A DNA stretch of 63,253 nt from Trichoplax sp. H2 (taxonomy: Eukaryota): assembly GCA_003344405.1 (NCBI GenBank), contig NOWV01000289.1, positions 1 to 63,253 on the forward strand. The letters run 5' to 3'. Positions 1-13,997 of this stretch are shown piece after piece. The position numbers and the translations under genes are program-made. The notes beneath the pieces were generated by a model. That model saw only the letters and a program-made list of their open reading frames with translations, was not told where the DNA came from and ran no database searches. Numbering within the stretch: the stretch's first letter is position 1; every line of letters starts with the position of its first letter.

Positions 1-133
1 AGATTTAAGGATAGCGATAACGATAAGCGTAAATGACCTAATTTGGAAAATTAGTGCTAACATGTCTCGCATATACGACAGTATTATCACCGCTTGCGTC
101 GTGACAATATTTCAGGAAAATAAATTTGCATGG

Positions 134-702
134 TGTTACAATACGAACCACCGTGAAGATTAAATAACTAAATTTAGTCTTTAGCATTTACGTATGGAGA
201 TAACTAATGATGACTTACAGTAAGAACTGCGGTAGTTATTATTTTGTTACAGTATATTATGCTGTATTGTAGTAACAGTTCTCATAAGGTAACAAATATT
301 AATTGATTATAGTATTATGTCTTGCAATGCTTGTGATGAATATCCAGAAGATATTCAATTACAGATGATACTATGCATAATTCTGTGTGTGGAAATACCA
401 TAGTCTAACTATTTAGAATCGTCCAGTACATATCCAAAATTATAAATAATGTCTGTATTAATTTAGCTTTCCAATATGAGTTAGATTTCATAAACTGCTA
501 TGACTCTTACATGATAGCTGCTGCTGAAGGGTATATCAGATCGGTAGATAGGTGAATGAAAGAAGAGTTTTATAGTTGTTTTAATGTAGAAGCAAAGGCG
601 TATGAATTCTTGTGAGGTAGTTTGGGGATACTGAATCACGAAGACTACAGTAATTTAGAGTCTTCTTTTTCGTTATCTTTGTCACGAAGCTGGTTTGTGA
701 CA
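134..702 (+). mobile_element. Solo LTR, family A (569 bp)
   Basis: TGTTAC...GTGACA termini; flanks CATGG/CAAGG (4/5 match, decayed 5-bp TSD); TATA-like GGGTATATCAG near 530; both ends align with the copy at 13556-13997 (shared end TGTCACGAAGCTGGTTTGTGACA). Confidence 0.85.
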
Positions 703-2253
703 CAAGGATATAATGTCAAAGCAGAAAATGTCTTTAAAAGTGCTATAGAAGAGGAAGTTGGTTAAAATATCAAGATGTCTCGTCTGATTAATTATTTTTC
801 TTGTTAGATAAAAATGGTAAATAATGGAATTTTAGCGACTATATTTACCTTAAGTATTTGGTAATTGATCATAAAGTTTCAAAATCTCCACAAACCAATC
901 AACTGTCATCGAATACCAATCTTAACTCATGAGTTATGTGGCAATTAAAACATGGTCGGCTATTAATTTGATCACCTTTTGACATTATCTATTTTAATTG
1001 AATTATTTTTTACGAGAACTTATTTGTAATGAATGCTTACAATTATTCAATATTAAATTCCTGTTAGCTAACGCTGCAGCTATTTCTCATAATTGAATAA
1101 ATCTTTTCACCATAATCCGGAAAAGCAAGATCTAAACGTGAGTTTGCAGTTACTTTTTTTTTAAAACAAAAATTAAATTGTTTTGCCGTTTATTTTCCAA
1201 CAGTCTGTTATCGACCACTTTAAAACGATTTATTGCAGTTTGTTATGAGCAATGTTCAAATTTCTTACGAAACTGACGAAAAATAGTTTAACATAAATAG
1301 ACTTTGCATTATGATATTAGAGAATGCAGTCAATTTCCCTTCCACTAATTAATCTTTCATTAAAGAAACTATTTAAGAAAAGTGGTAAACGTCAAAATGT
1401 TAAGAGTTGCCATTTCCAGAAAGAATGTATTTATCACATTAACAGAAGCTGGAGGCACTATCTGTTATTACGATAAACAGAAAGCTGTAGGATGCCTTCG
1501 AGGTTTGTTCATAATAGTATTTCTATTTCCTTACTTTCAAATAATAACGGATAAAATTATACTGTTCTTTTATTTAACGTATGCTAGAGTAGAAGCTTAT
1601 CATGAATTGGCTAGTAAGATATCTTTATATATAAAATGATATTGTAATTCTGATTAATTAAAACATACGATGTAGAGACTACAACGTTAATAGTAATAAA
1701 ATAAATATTCACTTATGATTTCAAATGTTATCATGGCATATCCAAAGTTAAAAGTATTGTTGGTGATATTAAGCTGCTACCAAAATTGTTACTTAAGGAG
1801 CACTCAGAATAATTTATTTAGCCAATATATACAAAATTTAAAAAAAATGATTAATATTAAAAGTTTAATGAATCACTGCATACTAGAGAATACTGAATAA
1901 CGCAGGACATTGCCTATAGCAACTTTAACACCCAAGGATGTACGTGATTCAATTTATTCATTTACCAATAATAATTTGAAAGTACTTCCAGATCATTCTG
2001 GTAGCCGAATAGTGTTAGAAGATATTTTCGACTGTTTAATTAATTGTTGGCGTCACCTTTTATGTTACTCTTTACCAAAGAATGAGCGATACTGTAATGA
2101 CCTTTTAAAGTATTCAAGAATTTCTGAGCTTTCATATCTTTACAATGTTGTTATCAGCGAAATTAAGGTGCAGTTGTTTTACATTCGCTTCAATTATAGA
2201 GTAAATGTTATCGTAGTAGATGAGTAGGTTAGATCAGAAAAGAAATGACAATA

Positions 2254-2545
2254 AATCCAAATCTAGAGCACTTATTATTTAAATTCATCAATATCTTGTA
2301 ATGACCTTTAACGTATCATTAATTAGGCAGACCGATAAGAAAGTTACTGCCGATCTTTCTCCAAAATATATCATAGGATTTAATTTCCGTTTGTTTGAAT
2401 AATAGGAAGGAGTAATGTAGCTTCAAAATGAAATAAGTACGAATCCAAATCTAGTTTCTTTATTATTTAAATTCATTAATATTCTGGTAAGACATTTAAC
2501 TTGTCATTAATTAGACTGTCTGATGAGAAGCTTATTACGAATCTT
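2254..2545. repeat. Degenerate direct repeat, period about 188 bp
   Basis: AATCCAAATCTAG..CTTATTATTTAAATTCAT.AATAT...TCATTAATTAG at about 2254 and 2442. Confidence 0.6.
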
Positions 2546-3631
2546 ACTTCAAGATAAAAAAGTTGGATTTTTGCTTACAAAGTATACCTCGCAGTTTAGC
2601 TCTAATTATGCACCTTGGAATGCAGATAAGCCATACCGTATATCTGGTGAAATATTAAGCACTTTATGTTTATTTTTATTTTCTCCATTTTTCAATCCTG
2701 GATGTAAATTAAGTTACTATTAGAAACAATATCTTTGGTAACCCTACCCAAGTAGGCCAAGCCTTTTCTTTCTTTAATAAAGAATTCCGCGATTGTTTAC
2801 ATTTTTCTCCATCCAGTTTATATACTGTAATTAAAGAAATAAATACTAGCTTCGAAATACGAGACCTTCAGGATAATAGTATTCGATAAAAACTGCAACA
2901 CCCAACCAGTCAGTTTACAGATCGTATCTTTGATTTCAATTGGCTAAAACCACGTTGATAGTGCCAAGTGCCTTTCGCGTATATTCTAGTAACTTCGATA
3001 ATGGTTCTTATTTTAACTTGGCAAAACTCTATTGCGTAATCACATTGCATAGAAGCAATGTAAAATAATGGTAACATACATTAATCTTGTTAGTATTTTA
3101 CAAAAGTACACTTAATGAAGATCCCCTTGCTCGATTACAATCTATTTCATTAGGAATCTTAACATCGTAATCGTCCTTACATTTTAAGTTTAATTTTTCT
3201 ATGTATATTTGTATGGTAAAAATGGTCTGTTAGAAAATATGTTATATACAGAAGCGGCAAAACTGCTTTATCTTACACTGCCCTTTTTGCCATATAATAT
3301 AGGTTTTATTTATTTCCATACAAAAATTTGTAATAAATACATGTATGTGGGTATTTCAAAGCTATTTACAATTTTCCAGTAAAAGTTAAATTTATGCGTT
3401 CGATAGCTTAAGAATATTTCAAAAATAAACTATTTAACCCGTAAGCTATTGTAGCTGTTTAAAATTTCCTAGAACAAGCCCAGGCAATTGATGGCATATT
3501 CTTCAAAGCGTTCGAGTTCATCAAAGACAAATTACGATATTTTTTTTAATTCGGCTAGTATTGCACTTGAGATGATCTTGTTTTTGTAAATACGAACATT
3601 CAGTCTGATATGGCCTAGTAGCGCCCGAATA

Positions 3632-4651
3632 CTACAGCTCGTGTATACTAATCACATTGATGATAGGCGATTTGATTGTCTTATTAGAAGGAAGAGTTTT
3701 GTGATTTCGAGTGATTTTTAACTTGCAGACTGTTTTTCTAATGTCGCTGACTAAGTAACCATACAAAATGGCATTCACTGCTGGGTATGTAAACGTTAAA
3801 TAAATTAGAATACTTCGTACTGCCAATGTCGTTGGTGATTCGTCTTCAAGTTGTGGATTTAGTATACTTACTAGACTATCGATATAGAAAGGAGTCCACA
3901 TGATAAAATAGGTTACCACAATAATGGCTAATACTTTAGCTGCTTTTAGATGTTTTCGTACTCGAGGCGAAGAGGTCATTACTTGCTCTCGATGAAGGGA
4001 TGTTAAACTGAAATTGGGACGATTTTGAATGAAAGACTTTGCAATGCAAAATATTCGATAATAGATGATCGATATTGCAAAGAAGGGAAGAATAAAAAAA
4101 ATGATAATCTGTACTAAACTGTAATGAAATTCGTGTGGATTTTGTGGATTCCAAGCAAAGCATTCATTTCTTAAAATTGGACGAAAAGTCATTATAGGGA
4201 TAAAACCAATTAGAGCAGATACAATCCAAATAAAGGCGACGATAATAATTGCATATCTGGGCTTAGAGTAAACATGATATCGTATCGGTGCTTGCAAAGC
4301 GATAAGTTTATCGACACTTACGGCTACTAGATGGAGGTTAATGGAAATAACGATAGCAATAGGAATATTGGATGAAAGATTGCAGTATAACCAATTTTCT
4401 TCTCCTGAAGTAGGATTACCAACGCTAGGGTATAAGTAGGCTAATGCAAACATAATATCAGCTAAGAACATACTAGCCATAATGACGTTGGTAACATTTT
4501 GCATTTGTTTCTTACTCAATATGATGAGAATATTGAATAAATTAAACAAGACTGTGATGGTAGCAATAGAATTGCCTACAATCACTCGCACTATATCTTC
4601 TGATGAAAGACTAGAATTAAATTTCGATATTTTATAGCTTTCATTATCCAT
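3632..4651 (-). CDS. Intronless rhodopsin-class (class A) GPCR, about 339 aa from the first ATG
   Basis: Seven hydrophobic segments; TM1 Asn (FNLFNI), TM2 FLAD, TM3 Cys, DKL at the DRY position, TM4 Trp, TM5 FILP, TM6 MWTPF, TM7 NAILY; N-terminal N-x-S sequons. The ORF-track start at 4729 is GTG. Confidence 0.93.
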   Translation of the reverse strand: MDNESYKISKFNSSLSSEDIVRVIVGNSIATITVLFNLFNILIILSKKQMQNVTNVIMASMFLADIMFALAYLYPSVGNPTSGEENWLYCNLSSNIPIAIVISINLHLVAVSVDKLIALQAPIRYHVYSKPRYAIIIVAFIWIVSALIGFIPIMTFRPILRNECFAWNPQNPHEFHYSLVQIIIFFILPFFAISIIYYRIFCIAKSFIQNRPNFSLTSLHREQVMTSSPRVRKHLKAAKVLAIIVVTYFIMWTPFYIDSLVSILNPQLEDESPTTLAVRSILIYLTFTYPAVNAILYGYLVSDIRKTVCKLKITRNHKTLPSNKTIKSPIINVISIHEL

Positions 4652-5599
4652 AATGTTCAATAATTTACTTGTGGTGCTAACTTCGGCTGTAAGTTTAACC
4701 GAAATATGAGATGGTACCGTTGTGAACACAGATACTAATGTTGGTCTCGACGTTCAAAATATAAGTAATCTTTGTCAAAAATAATGTCAATTACAGCTGG
4801 CGGATCTAAATAAGACCATTATTAACTGCTTGTCTTTGTATTTGATCAGTTTATGTCTATTTAAGAGAATAGTAATTATAGATAGCCTCTAAATATAAAA
4901 GAAATCAAGTTATTTTACTAGAATACCTAATGCAAGTATGAATTAAAGTAGATACTAATAGACTATAATATAAAGTCATTTTTAAGAACCGTTCTTAACC
5001 ATAACAGATAGTTTCCATATATCCATATTACCATATTTACCAAAGGCAAAGATCGATACTATCAATGTATGCTAACTCATTTTATTTCAATTTATTTAAC
5101 AATGAGATCATTTCCAATAACAATGATTATTATTATCCATAGCATGTACAGAAAAGTTAATTGACATATTGATTAAATGGCATTACTACTACAAACAGAA
5201 AAAGTTCATATTGAAAGCAACTTTTGATATTCTCTATAGCAGCATTATAAAATGCAAATAATTTGATTTCATTTATTAAAATGGCATAATGCAAATGAAA
5301 CTGTAGTAACGGTTGTGTTCCTAATGTTATACTGCTGCCATAGTGATCATTGTTAGTAAGCCATTTAAGGGCTAATTTGATTAAGAGCATAGGTGGAAAT
5401 AATTTTTCCCTGATGTACATCAAACAATAATTTAAAATTATGACAATATCAAGTTGAAAATAACACAACGATGTATTAAACCAATTCCTAAATTTACAAA
5501 TTTCGAAAAAAATAGCTACTGCATAGAAGACTAAATTTAATTCTGTTAGATTAATATCTTAGGCTTAATGAAAATTAAATGATTAAACTGAACAAAATA

Positions 5600-6420
5600 A
5601 CTATATGGTAAGTTTTCTCCCGTCAAAGTAAGACCAGGATAGTAGACAAGTTCATTTGTTAGCCGACCCGACTTTCCTGATATTAGATAGCAGTGAATAA
5701 ATATGAGTGTATCGTTTAATTAAGAAATTAAATGCCGATGCGACAAGTTGTCTCTCTTCAGAGTAAAGTCGAGATAGTAGACAAGTTGATTTATTAGAGT
5801 TGACTATCCTGCTATTTGATAGCAGCAGATAAATATATAGCTGAAGAACATAAATACGGACCTGGAAAGTTGTCTCTCTTCGATGAAAAGTTGACACAAC
5901 AGGCAAGTTAATTTGATTACAGACTTGACTTTGCTGGTATTGGATAGCAGTTGATAAATATATCGTTAAAAAACAAATGCTGAAATGGCAAGTCGTCTCT
6001 CTCTGATGTAAGGTCAAGATAGTGAACAAGTCGATTTTTAAACAGATTTAGCTTCACTACTCTTGGATAGCAGTATTAAATATACTGTTTGATTGAATAA
6101 AATACCAAAGGGACTATTCGCCTCTCTTTGAAGTTGAGATAGTGGATAAGTTAATTTGTTAACAGACTTGACTTTCAGCTATTGGATATCGTACGAATAG
6201 ATAAATATTCTGGTTTAAACAACAAAATAGCTATATAAAGTAAAGTTGAGATTGTCGAAAAGTTATTTTGTTAGCCGACTTGACTTTCAGCTATTGGATA
6301 CCGCGCGAATAGATAAATATTCTGGTTTAAAAAACAAAATAGCTATATAAAGTAAAGTTGAGATAGTCGAAAAGTTAATTCGTTAATAGAGTTGATTTTC
6401 TTACTATTAGATAGCTGTAA
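5600..6420. repeat. Diverged tandem array, about 7 units of 112-135 bp
   Basis: Core GTAAAGTYGAGATAGT...AAGTT.ATTTGTT...GACTTGACTTT...TATTGGATA recurs near 5628, 5763, 5885, 6008, 6130, 6240 and 6352; the 112-bp segments at about 6167-6278 and 6279-6390 are the most alike. Confidence 0.85.
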
Positions 6421-8457
6421 GTACCGTAATATAGAATTAATTGCTAGTTTTCAGTTTCATTCAAATTTTTTGTTGTTGCCCTTCAATTGGCAGTTACTAA
6501 TCGAAAAAATTAGGCTTAAAATTGTATTTCAGTTATTTTTGTTTATATATCTGCTCCTTTATAGAACGTCAGCAAGGAAGAAGAATCTTAAATATTTGAT
6601 TATGGATTTGCATTTATTGAAAATTCTTCCTCAATAAATGAACTTGTACTTCATAACTAAAAATGAGGTTAAATATGGGATGATTGATGTGTTGATCTAT
6701 TTAAAACAGGAAGACCCCTTTTAGATTGTAAAAAGTTATAATATGATAAAAAATTATCCTTATATGGCTTAAAAATAAATGTATAGACTTGAATTTCAGA
6801 TGAATCATAAACAATGATAGCTTGTTATAAATTAAATTATGAAAAGAATAGCCGATGCTATAGCTGGATAATCCAGAAAGAGTGTGAAGGATTGTTTTGA
6901 TGAATTTGCCATATAGTCTTAATCAGGCTTTTTTCTAAGATAAACCCTTTCAGTTTCACAAAGAATATGACATAAAAAAGTAGAATGCCAAGGAGTATTC
7001 TAGCTACTGTATGTACGTTGCACGTACATACACATATAAGCAGCAAAGATTTACTATTTAATTTTTAAGACATATAAAGTACGAAAAATACCTCGCATCT
7101 CTTTGACGCAGTTTTTTGAAGAGATTTTTCTTAGTTATTTTGTAAAGTAATCACAATTAATTATATCATAGTAACTAATTTGTCGGTGTTAGCTTCTTTG
7201 GCTTGCATTGATAAGATTTCAGATTCTAACTGGCTACAGTAGCCAGAATAATGTATGGTTGGATTTCTTAAAGTATCATGACAAAATGTTTATGTCATAT
7301 TTAGCTAAAGCTTAAATTGAGCATCCTGCTTTTAAGTATTGGAGGATACAATATAAGTTAGCGGTAGTAAGCTGACTAAGAATGATTTATACATCTTTCA
7401 ACAGTAATATATAAGGAATATTATTGATAGAATACATACTCTAGCTATTTATATAAATTATGACTTTTAGCCTAGGTGATACTATCTCGATAAGCTAACG
7501 TCATTTTCATTAAGAATGAAAGAATCATAAAATACTAAAAATCAATTACTTTAATACCGGTACTAGTTAATATCAAACAGGATGTTTTTGGATATGTTCA
7601 TCGTATGCATATATATTTTTTTCTATAAATTGAAAATATTTTTCCGTTGCCATGTTTATAATTTGACTATGCGTTATCTATTAAGTTATTATTGCTATCA
7701 CGACAATACTAGCATTCTAGGTGCTAAAAGGAATCGTATTGAAGTAACATTAAAAATACTATAGCGAAAGGTTTCATTATTATTATCAATTATATCAATG
7801 GATAAAACAATATGAAATTTTACTACAAATATTATATAAATTGCTTGTTTAGCTTATTGCAAATGGAATATCTTAATGCCACTATTGCATCATACTAATC
7901 TTCTATAGATTTCAGGCATAATATAGACATAAGAATTTTGCTATTGGCTTTAATCTATAAGCACATTATATAAGAAATTAAACGGTAATCCTATTTATAA
8001 GTTTTGGTTACTTCAAATATATTTGTACACTTACTAAAAAGAAATTGGCTCAAAATTTTGTCTCATTCGAAATATTAGCAGTGATTTGCAGAGCCATTCC
8101 AATTTTTTATGCCCAGTTTTATATAATTTATCGCTAAGCTACACTCTTGCAGACTTGTAACATTAAGAATTGAATATTTTAATATCTGTCATTTTTCAGA
8201 TTAAATTGACATATCCTATCACTGAGGTATCTAGGAAATGTATGACTTCGAGAGAATAATTTATGTATACCTATTACTACGTCATAGGGGATTAGTAAGA
8301 TGAAAGTTCAATTATCAGATATCACTGAATTGAATATGAAATATTTAGAAGCTCGTTATCTTATTAGATTATGGATGCCTCTCTGCTGTATATCTACTTA
8401 AAACGTATTGAAAGAGAAAAAATCCAAGTATTTAATGGGGTCTACTAGTACTATTTC

Positions 8458-9265
8458 GCTGAACCTTGCATTATAAACAAATGGCCCCGCAAGATATTAT
8501 GAATGAATTAACTAAAAATAGTACAAAAGATTAATTATTTCCACTTAACATTGTGTAGCTATTGGAAAGTTGCTCCCATTTCAATTTTTGACTAGATATC
8601 TATATATTATACTATCCAAATTTTAATAATCATGCATTTACTTTGAATTTTTGATTAATTACAAGCCATTGATATAGATATCTGTTACAGTGTTAAATAC
8701 TGTATTACAGTAGAAATAACTATGTTAGGATAATTCTGTTAGACTATCCTTATTTAGTTAACTTCTAATTTGGATATACTGTATTTTAATATAGCACTGA
8801 CTTTTTATGACAGTGACACTTATACACATACTGAAATTATAATAGTTATAATAGGGAATGCAAATCATCTGCTTACAGTTCGAATCATTGTGATTGTAAT
8901 TTACTTATGATAGACTGTAAATTATCATGGAAATGTTCCGTGATAGGACATATCGTAATCTGACTATTCTGTATTAGTCATTATATGTCTATGTTCATAA
9001 ATACTGTTGTCTGCATTAAGNNNNNNNNNNNNNNNNNNNNGCTGAACCTTGCATTATAAACAAATGGCCCCGCAAGATATTATGAATGAATTAACTAAAA
9101 ATAGTACAAAAGATTAATTATTTCCACTTAACATTGTGTAGCTATTGGAAAGTTGCTCCCATTTCAATTTTTGACTAGATATCTATATATTATACTATCC
9201 AAATTTTAGTAATCATGCATTTACTTTGAATTTTTGATTAATTACAAGCCATTGATATAGATATC
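8458..9265. repeat. Allelic overlap across gap 9021-9040 (8458-8682 = 9041-9265)
   Basis: 225 bp duplicated with one A/G difference; left copy continues into an insertion, right copy continues into unique sequence. Confidence 0.9.
8683..9020. mobile_element. LTR-like insertion, truncated by gap, present on one allele
   Basis: Begins TGTTACA exactly where the two allelic copies diverge (after GATATC); absent at 9265/9266. Confidence 0.65.
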
Positions 9266-10906
9266 ATTTACAATTCCATTTCATTTAGGAAATTCATCTT
9301 AAATTGACGCTGTCATAAATATGCCTCAAAACAGGAGCCAAGAAATGATATTCGAAATGATTGTGATTGAGTTTTATTCTTTGAATAAATCATTTGAGAA
9401 ATAAAATTATATCTCATATCGATTATTTCACCACTAATATATGGCACCAAAGATGTTGCATAGAAGTGGTAGTATATAAATTACTGTGTAGCCATATCAG
9501 CTTATTTTACCGGCTATATTCGCGGATATTGTACGAAAATAAATTAAGTTAATGATTATTTATGAAAGCTTCGTATCTGTAATAATTAAAACCAGAAATT
9601 TATATTTAATTTAATTCTACAACTTTCTAGGTAAAACTATGATTTTAAAGAGTACAATAATTTCATTTATTGACTTCGCCAAAGTTACAATATGCGCGTG
9701 CATAACAAATACAATTAAAACAACTATCTATGTCTATTGCGAAAATTCTATGTAATATCTTGTGGGCTATTAGTTTATAATGCAACGTTCGTAAGGTATT
9801 CTCACAACAGTTCAAATTAGTCGAGTTGAAGAGAAATATACTAGCCTATCGCTTAATTTATTATGTGAATTAGTCAGCATATAAACAAATAGGAAACGAT
9901 GTTTGCAATGCCATAATATGTTTAAATACTAATTTATCAAGCGAAATAAGAAAAATTTTAATTCCAAGATGAAACAAGTTATTATTCTGATTGGCTTTTA
10001 CATAATCTTTATTGGCTTTACATAACCGAAGACCTCATATAACTTTCTGTATTAACTATTTTAGTAAGTCATTTAGCTGGATTTGGCCAAAACAAATTTA
10101 TGGTGTGATATGATATTATTTGTCGGATTTTAAGGCTAGCGTGTTTTCGCGCCTAACTTATATATTTACTGCTTATTAGTCTCTCTATTGCTAACTAAAT
10201 AAGAATATCCTATAAATACGTATTTGCTTTAATTTACTCAGATTTTATTGGTTAATATCTGGAAGAAAAAGCTTGTATTATTGACAATTCAATCAACCTT
10301 AGCTGTTGTTTATTTAATGTTCTAGAAGATACAATAGCCTAGTTTAACTTCGTGTTACGAAAAATTTTCTGGCCCTTCGAAGTCTTACAGATTATAAATA
10401 CAAAATATCAAAAAAGGGCTTCAATCTGCTGAAATTACATTAAATCTTTTAAGAATTTATAGCAGCATTATATATCCATGGAACATGTATAAGGAATGTA
10501 GCCTTTAGATTAGCTTTAGAATCATCCTGCGACGAGTAATAGTAAAAATTAAGCTATCTTATCATGTAAACGTTCGTCAAATTATAATGTCTTCTTGTTT
10601 ACTTTATTGCTTGGTAAAGATTAGTTATTTTTCATCTAGATCCTTTAATTAATATTATAATCTGATGGAAATCCTATCTAGCGTGTTACTGTAGCTTTTG
10701 CAAAGAGGGCGTTTCTATTCGGATAATTGCATAATTTACACTAAATAAAGCAATATGGGATACATTCTTAAATTGATGTAGCGTTCTTAATCGCGGTTAT
10801 CATAAGAGATATTAACTCTTATGAACTACTTTGTTTGTTTCTAGTTGTATCTATAATGACTCCAGCATTATTACAAAAATATACTATTGAACGACTAATT
10901 TACGAA

Positions 10907-13546
10907 ATGGCTCCGATTATGCTTTGCTTGATATTTCTTTCAGTTTGTCCATTATTAGGTAAGTTTAAAATCCTAATTCACGCAGCAACTTTGAATTCTT
11001 GCAATATCTACTGATTTATTGTCTTCATTTTAATCAAATTTTGATCAGACAGATATTGTTTTATTTCATTTAAGATATTTAACTGAATGGTAGTGGCACT
11101 AGCAAATTTTAAAATTTTAGTTGTGAATTTTGACAATCAGTTATAATCAGATGGCACATTATTGGCCATCAATGGTGTTTAATCTTTCGAATCAAACTTA
11201 ATCTTACTCTACTTTATTTCTTTAGCTATAACTCTAAAAGAAAAAAATTTTGTTTAACTAATTTGGCACACCACTGTTGAAAAATCATCTCGATATCAGC
11301 AATTACGCAATCATAAAACATTTTATACATTAGCTTATACTTTACTAGCTAAACTAACGCTATCTCGCATTAAACTATCATTTCAATCTCTTTCTATTTG
11401 TGAATTCATCTTTATAGTTTATAAGATCAGAAACTTCATAACACGTTTACCTATCATTAAATCTTGTCCGGGACTTGTACAGAGAATAACTAGTTATGAT
11501 GTTGCTATTAACTGCTAAATGCATATGATTTTTAAAGCCTTCTCTCAGTGTCCAGTGCAGTGCCAGTGCACAGGAAATCCTGTAACCACCGTAACTTGTA
11601 CTGGATCACAAATCACATCTCTTCCAATACCTACACAAAACTACGATAAAGTTAATAAATTGTAAGTATAATCATTTTATCAAATTACATTAAATTGATT
11701 GAAATTGGATTCATTTAGCAAAATAATTTATTTATTGAGATTTCTTGCTTGAAATTACAGCATTTTAGCTAATACCGCCGTCACTACTCTCCCTGTTAAC
11801 AGCTTCAGCAAGTTTCCAAACTTACTTCATTTGTAAGTGTAACTCATATGCGCTTATTAGATTATAATTTCTTACCTATTTGGACTAATACTGCAAGCAC
11901 ATCATTGTTAAGGCAACTCATCTCGCCTTAATAAAACAACGTTCTATCATTCCTAATAAATGCACATATATACAAGCCTTATACGAGTTTTATGCACTAG
12001 GAACTAACTAATGCCAGGTTATCGTAGTCAGTGCTATGTGAGTAGAAGAAAGGATGAAAGAGGAAAGTTATTAATAGAATTGCAGCAGTGTAAATGATTT
12101 CTTCCATGTATATATTAACATACATTAGCATCAATGAACTAAAGCTATCATAGAGTTATACAGTACATTATAAACTCATCTGTAATTTGATTTTGAAATC
12201 TACTTGGAACGTCCGTAATTTTAATAAGGTATACCGTAGAATAGAAATAATAAAGTCTGAGAGGGTGTAGCAGTATCTTACTGAATGATATCATTTTTGT
12301 TATAAATTATAAAAGATCTTCTGCAAGTTACGTGCTAAAAGTAATAAAATAAATTGCGTAGCTATGTTTCGTAGACGATTGTATATAACTAGTTATTTTA
12401 CCTTAAATTGTAAAGTAGATATGCAGACTGAGGCACAGTTTCATACTGATGGATATTTCTAGATACATTATTGAGTACTAATAGTAATGTAGAGAAGAGT
12501 GTATTTTTTTCAGGTAGAACAATATTTTAGATAATGATATTATTTTATAGTAAATTATATAAGACTCTTTTAAGGATGCGAATAGTAATGAAAGTAATTG
12601 AGGAAGAATGTGTTACTTTTTAGGTAGAGCAGAGTAGTAGTTTGGTTAATACCTTTTTTGTAACAACCATATATGGCTCTTGCTGAAGTACTAACGGAAA
12701 GAAAGTAACTGTGTAGCTAAGCTTCGCAAATTTTCATGTTTGAGATGTTGTTATTACGATTAATTGCAAAACAGACATAAAGACTAAGGGCCAGTTTAAT
12801 GCTTATAGTTGTTGATAGCTATTTGTTTATCAATAGCTAATTACAAGTTCACAGTATTAGACTAGAGATTACTTTCTGCTCTGGATCCCTTTTTATTGAG
12901 CGCGTTTAATAAAGTCTGCACGAATTAAAAGAGGGCAACAGCGATAAAATGTATTAGAACTGAGACTAAGAAGGCAGGATGATTGAATCAAATTAGTCTA
13001 GAATTTATTCTCCAAAAAAATTATAATAAACCAGCTAGTTCAACTACATATATAAAATAAAATATTGTAGATATAGTAAATAAAATGCATCGAGCAAAAT
13101 GTAAATGATAAATTAGTTTACTTTGGTTAATTTTCTGTCGTTAGGAATAAAATTTTAAAACAATGGTTTTGATAAGTTACTATTTAGCGCTATATTTTAG
13201 ATTAGCTCATATAGGACAGCTTTTATTTCTTCAAGTTTGTCATGCAATCTTTATTTTGGTTTACATTTTCTGTTGTAGGTATTTGAGCAATAACCTAATT
13301 AGTGATATTAAAGTTGGTGCGTTTAATAATTTGTCTGCCTTATCGTCATTGTAAGTGGCACAAGTTTAATTATTATTTCCATTTTTCGTACCATTATTTA
13401 AACAATTCGTCGAATTGATATTTATCGTCACATAACTTTTATTATGATTTAGTGCTCTTGTATTTACTTTTTAGAGATTTATCTTCCAACAAAATACAAA
13501 CTTTGCCAAACCTGGTGTTTAATTCGCTTTATTATCTTTCAGAATT
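10907..13546 (+). pseudogene. Truncated secreted-type LRR gene (signal peptide, LRRNT, 3 LRRs), paralogue of 21385-26592
   Basis: Exons 10907-10958 (MAPIMLCLIFLSVCPLL), 11538-11661 (QCPVQCQCTGNPVTTVTC), 11761-11832, 13279-13350, 13475-13546. The last three are 72 nt, phase 2-2, GT-AG, frame open. An LTR starts 10 nt after exon 5 and I found no further intact LRR exons before the next gene. Confidence 0.75.
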
Positions 13547-13555
13547 GTGAGTAAT

Positions 13556-13997
13556 TGTCACGGTACGAACTACCGTGAAGAAATAGCTATCTAAATTTGG
13601 TGAATATAATATGGTGATAATATATTACAACTAGTTACTTACAATAAGAATTACTCTAATTGTAAATGTTTTACTGTAAATTTAATACTGTGCTCTAATG
13701 TGCACTGAAATGATTCTGTGAATGAACATGTTGTAGTCCGAACGTGAAAAATTAGTTCGTAGATGTTCTTACCTAAGTATTTTTATAAGATGACTCGTGA
13801 ATGTTAGCTGCTGTAGAAGGGTATATAAGCCCGTCAGATAGTTGAATAAAGCAGTTGTCAATTGTCTAGTTGAGTTTAACGTAGAAACAAAGGCGCCTAA
13901 ATTCTAGTGAGATAGTTAAGGGATACTGAATCCCGGAGACTATAGTAATTTAGAGATTTGTTTTACGTTATCCTTGTCACGAAGCTGGTTTGTGACA
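13556..13997 (+). mobile_element. LTR, family A (442 bp), no TSD
   Basis: TGTCAC...GTGACA termini; TATA (GGGTATATAAG about 13820) and AATAAA (about 13845); homologous to 134-702; flanks GTAAT/TTCGG do not match. Confidence 0.85.

Noticed and set aside
1382..2723. Four short plus-strand ORFs
   Set aside because: No convincing motif or splice pattern; consistent with random ORFs, partly in a decayed repeat.
5652..6029. 125-aa repeat-containing ORF
   Set aside because: Chance frame through the tandem array; unit lengths are not consistently multiples of three.
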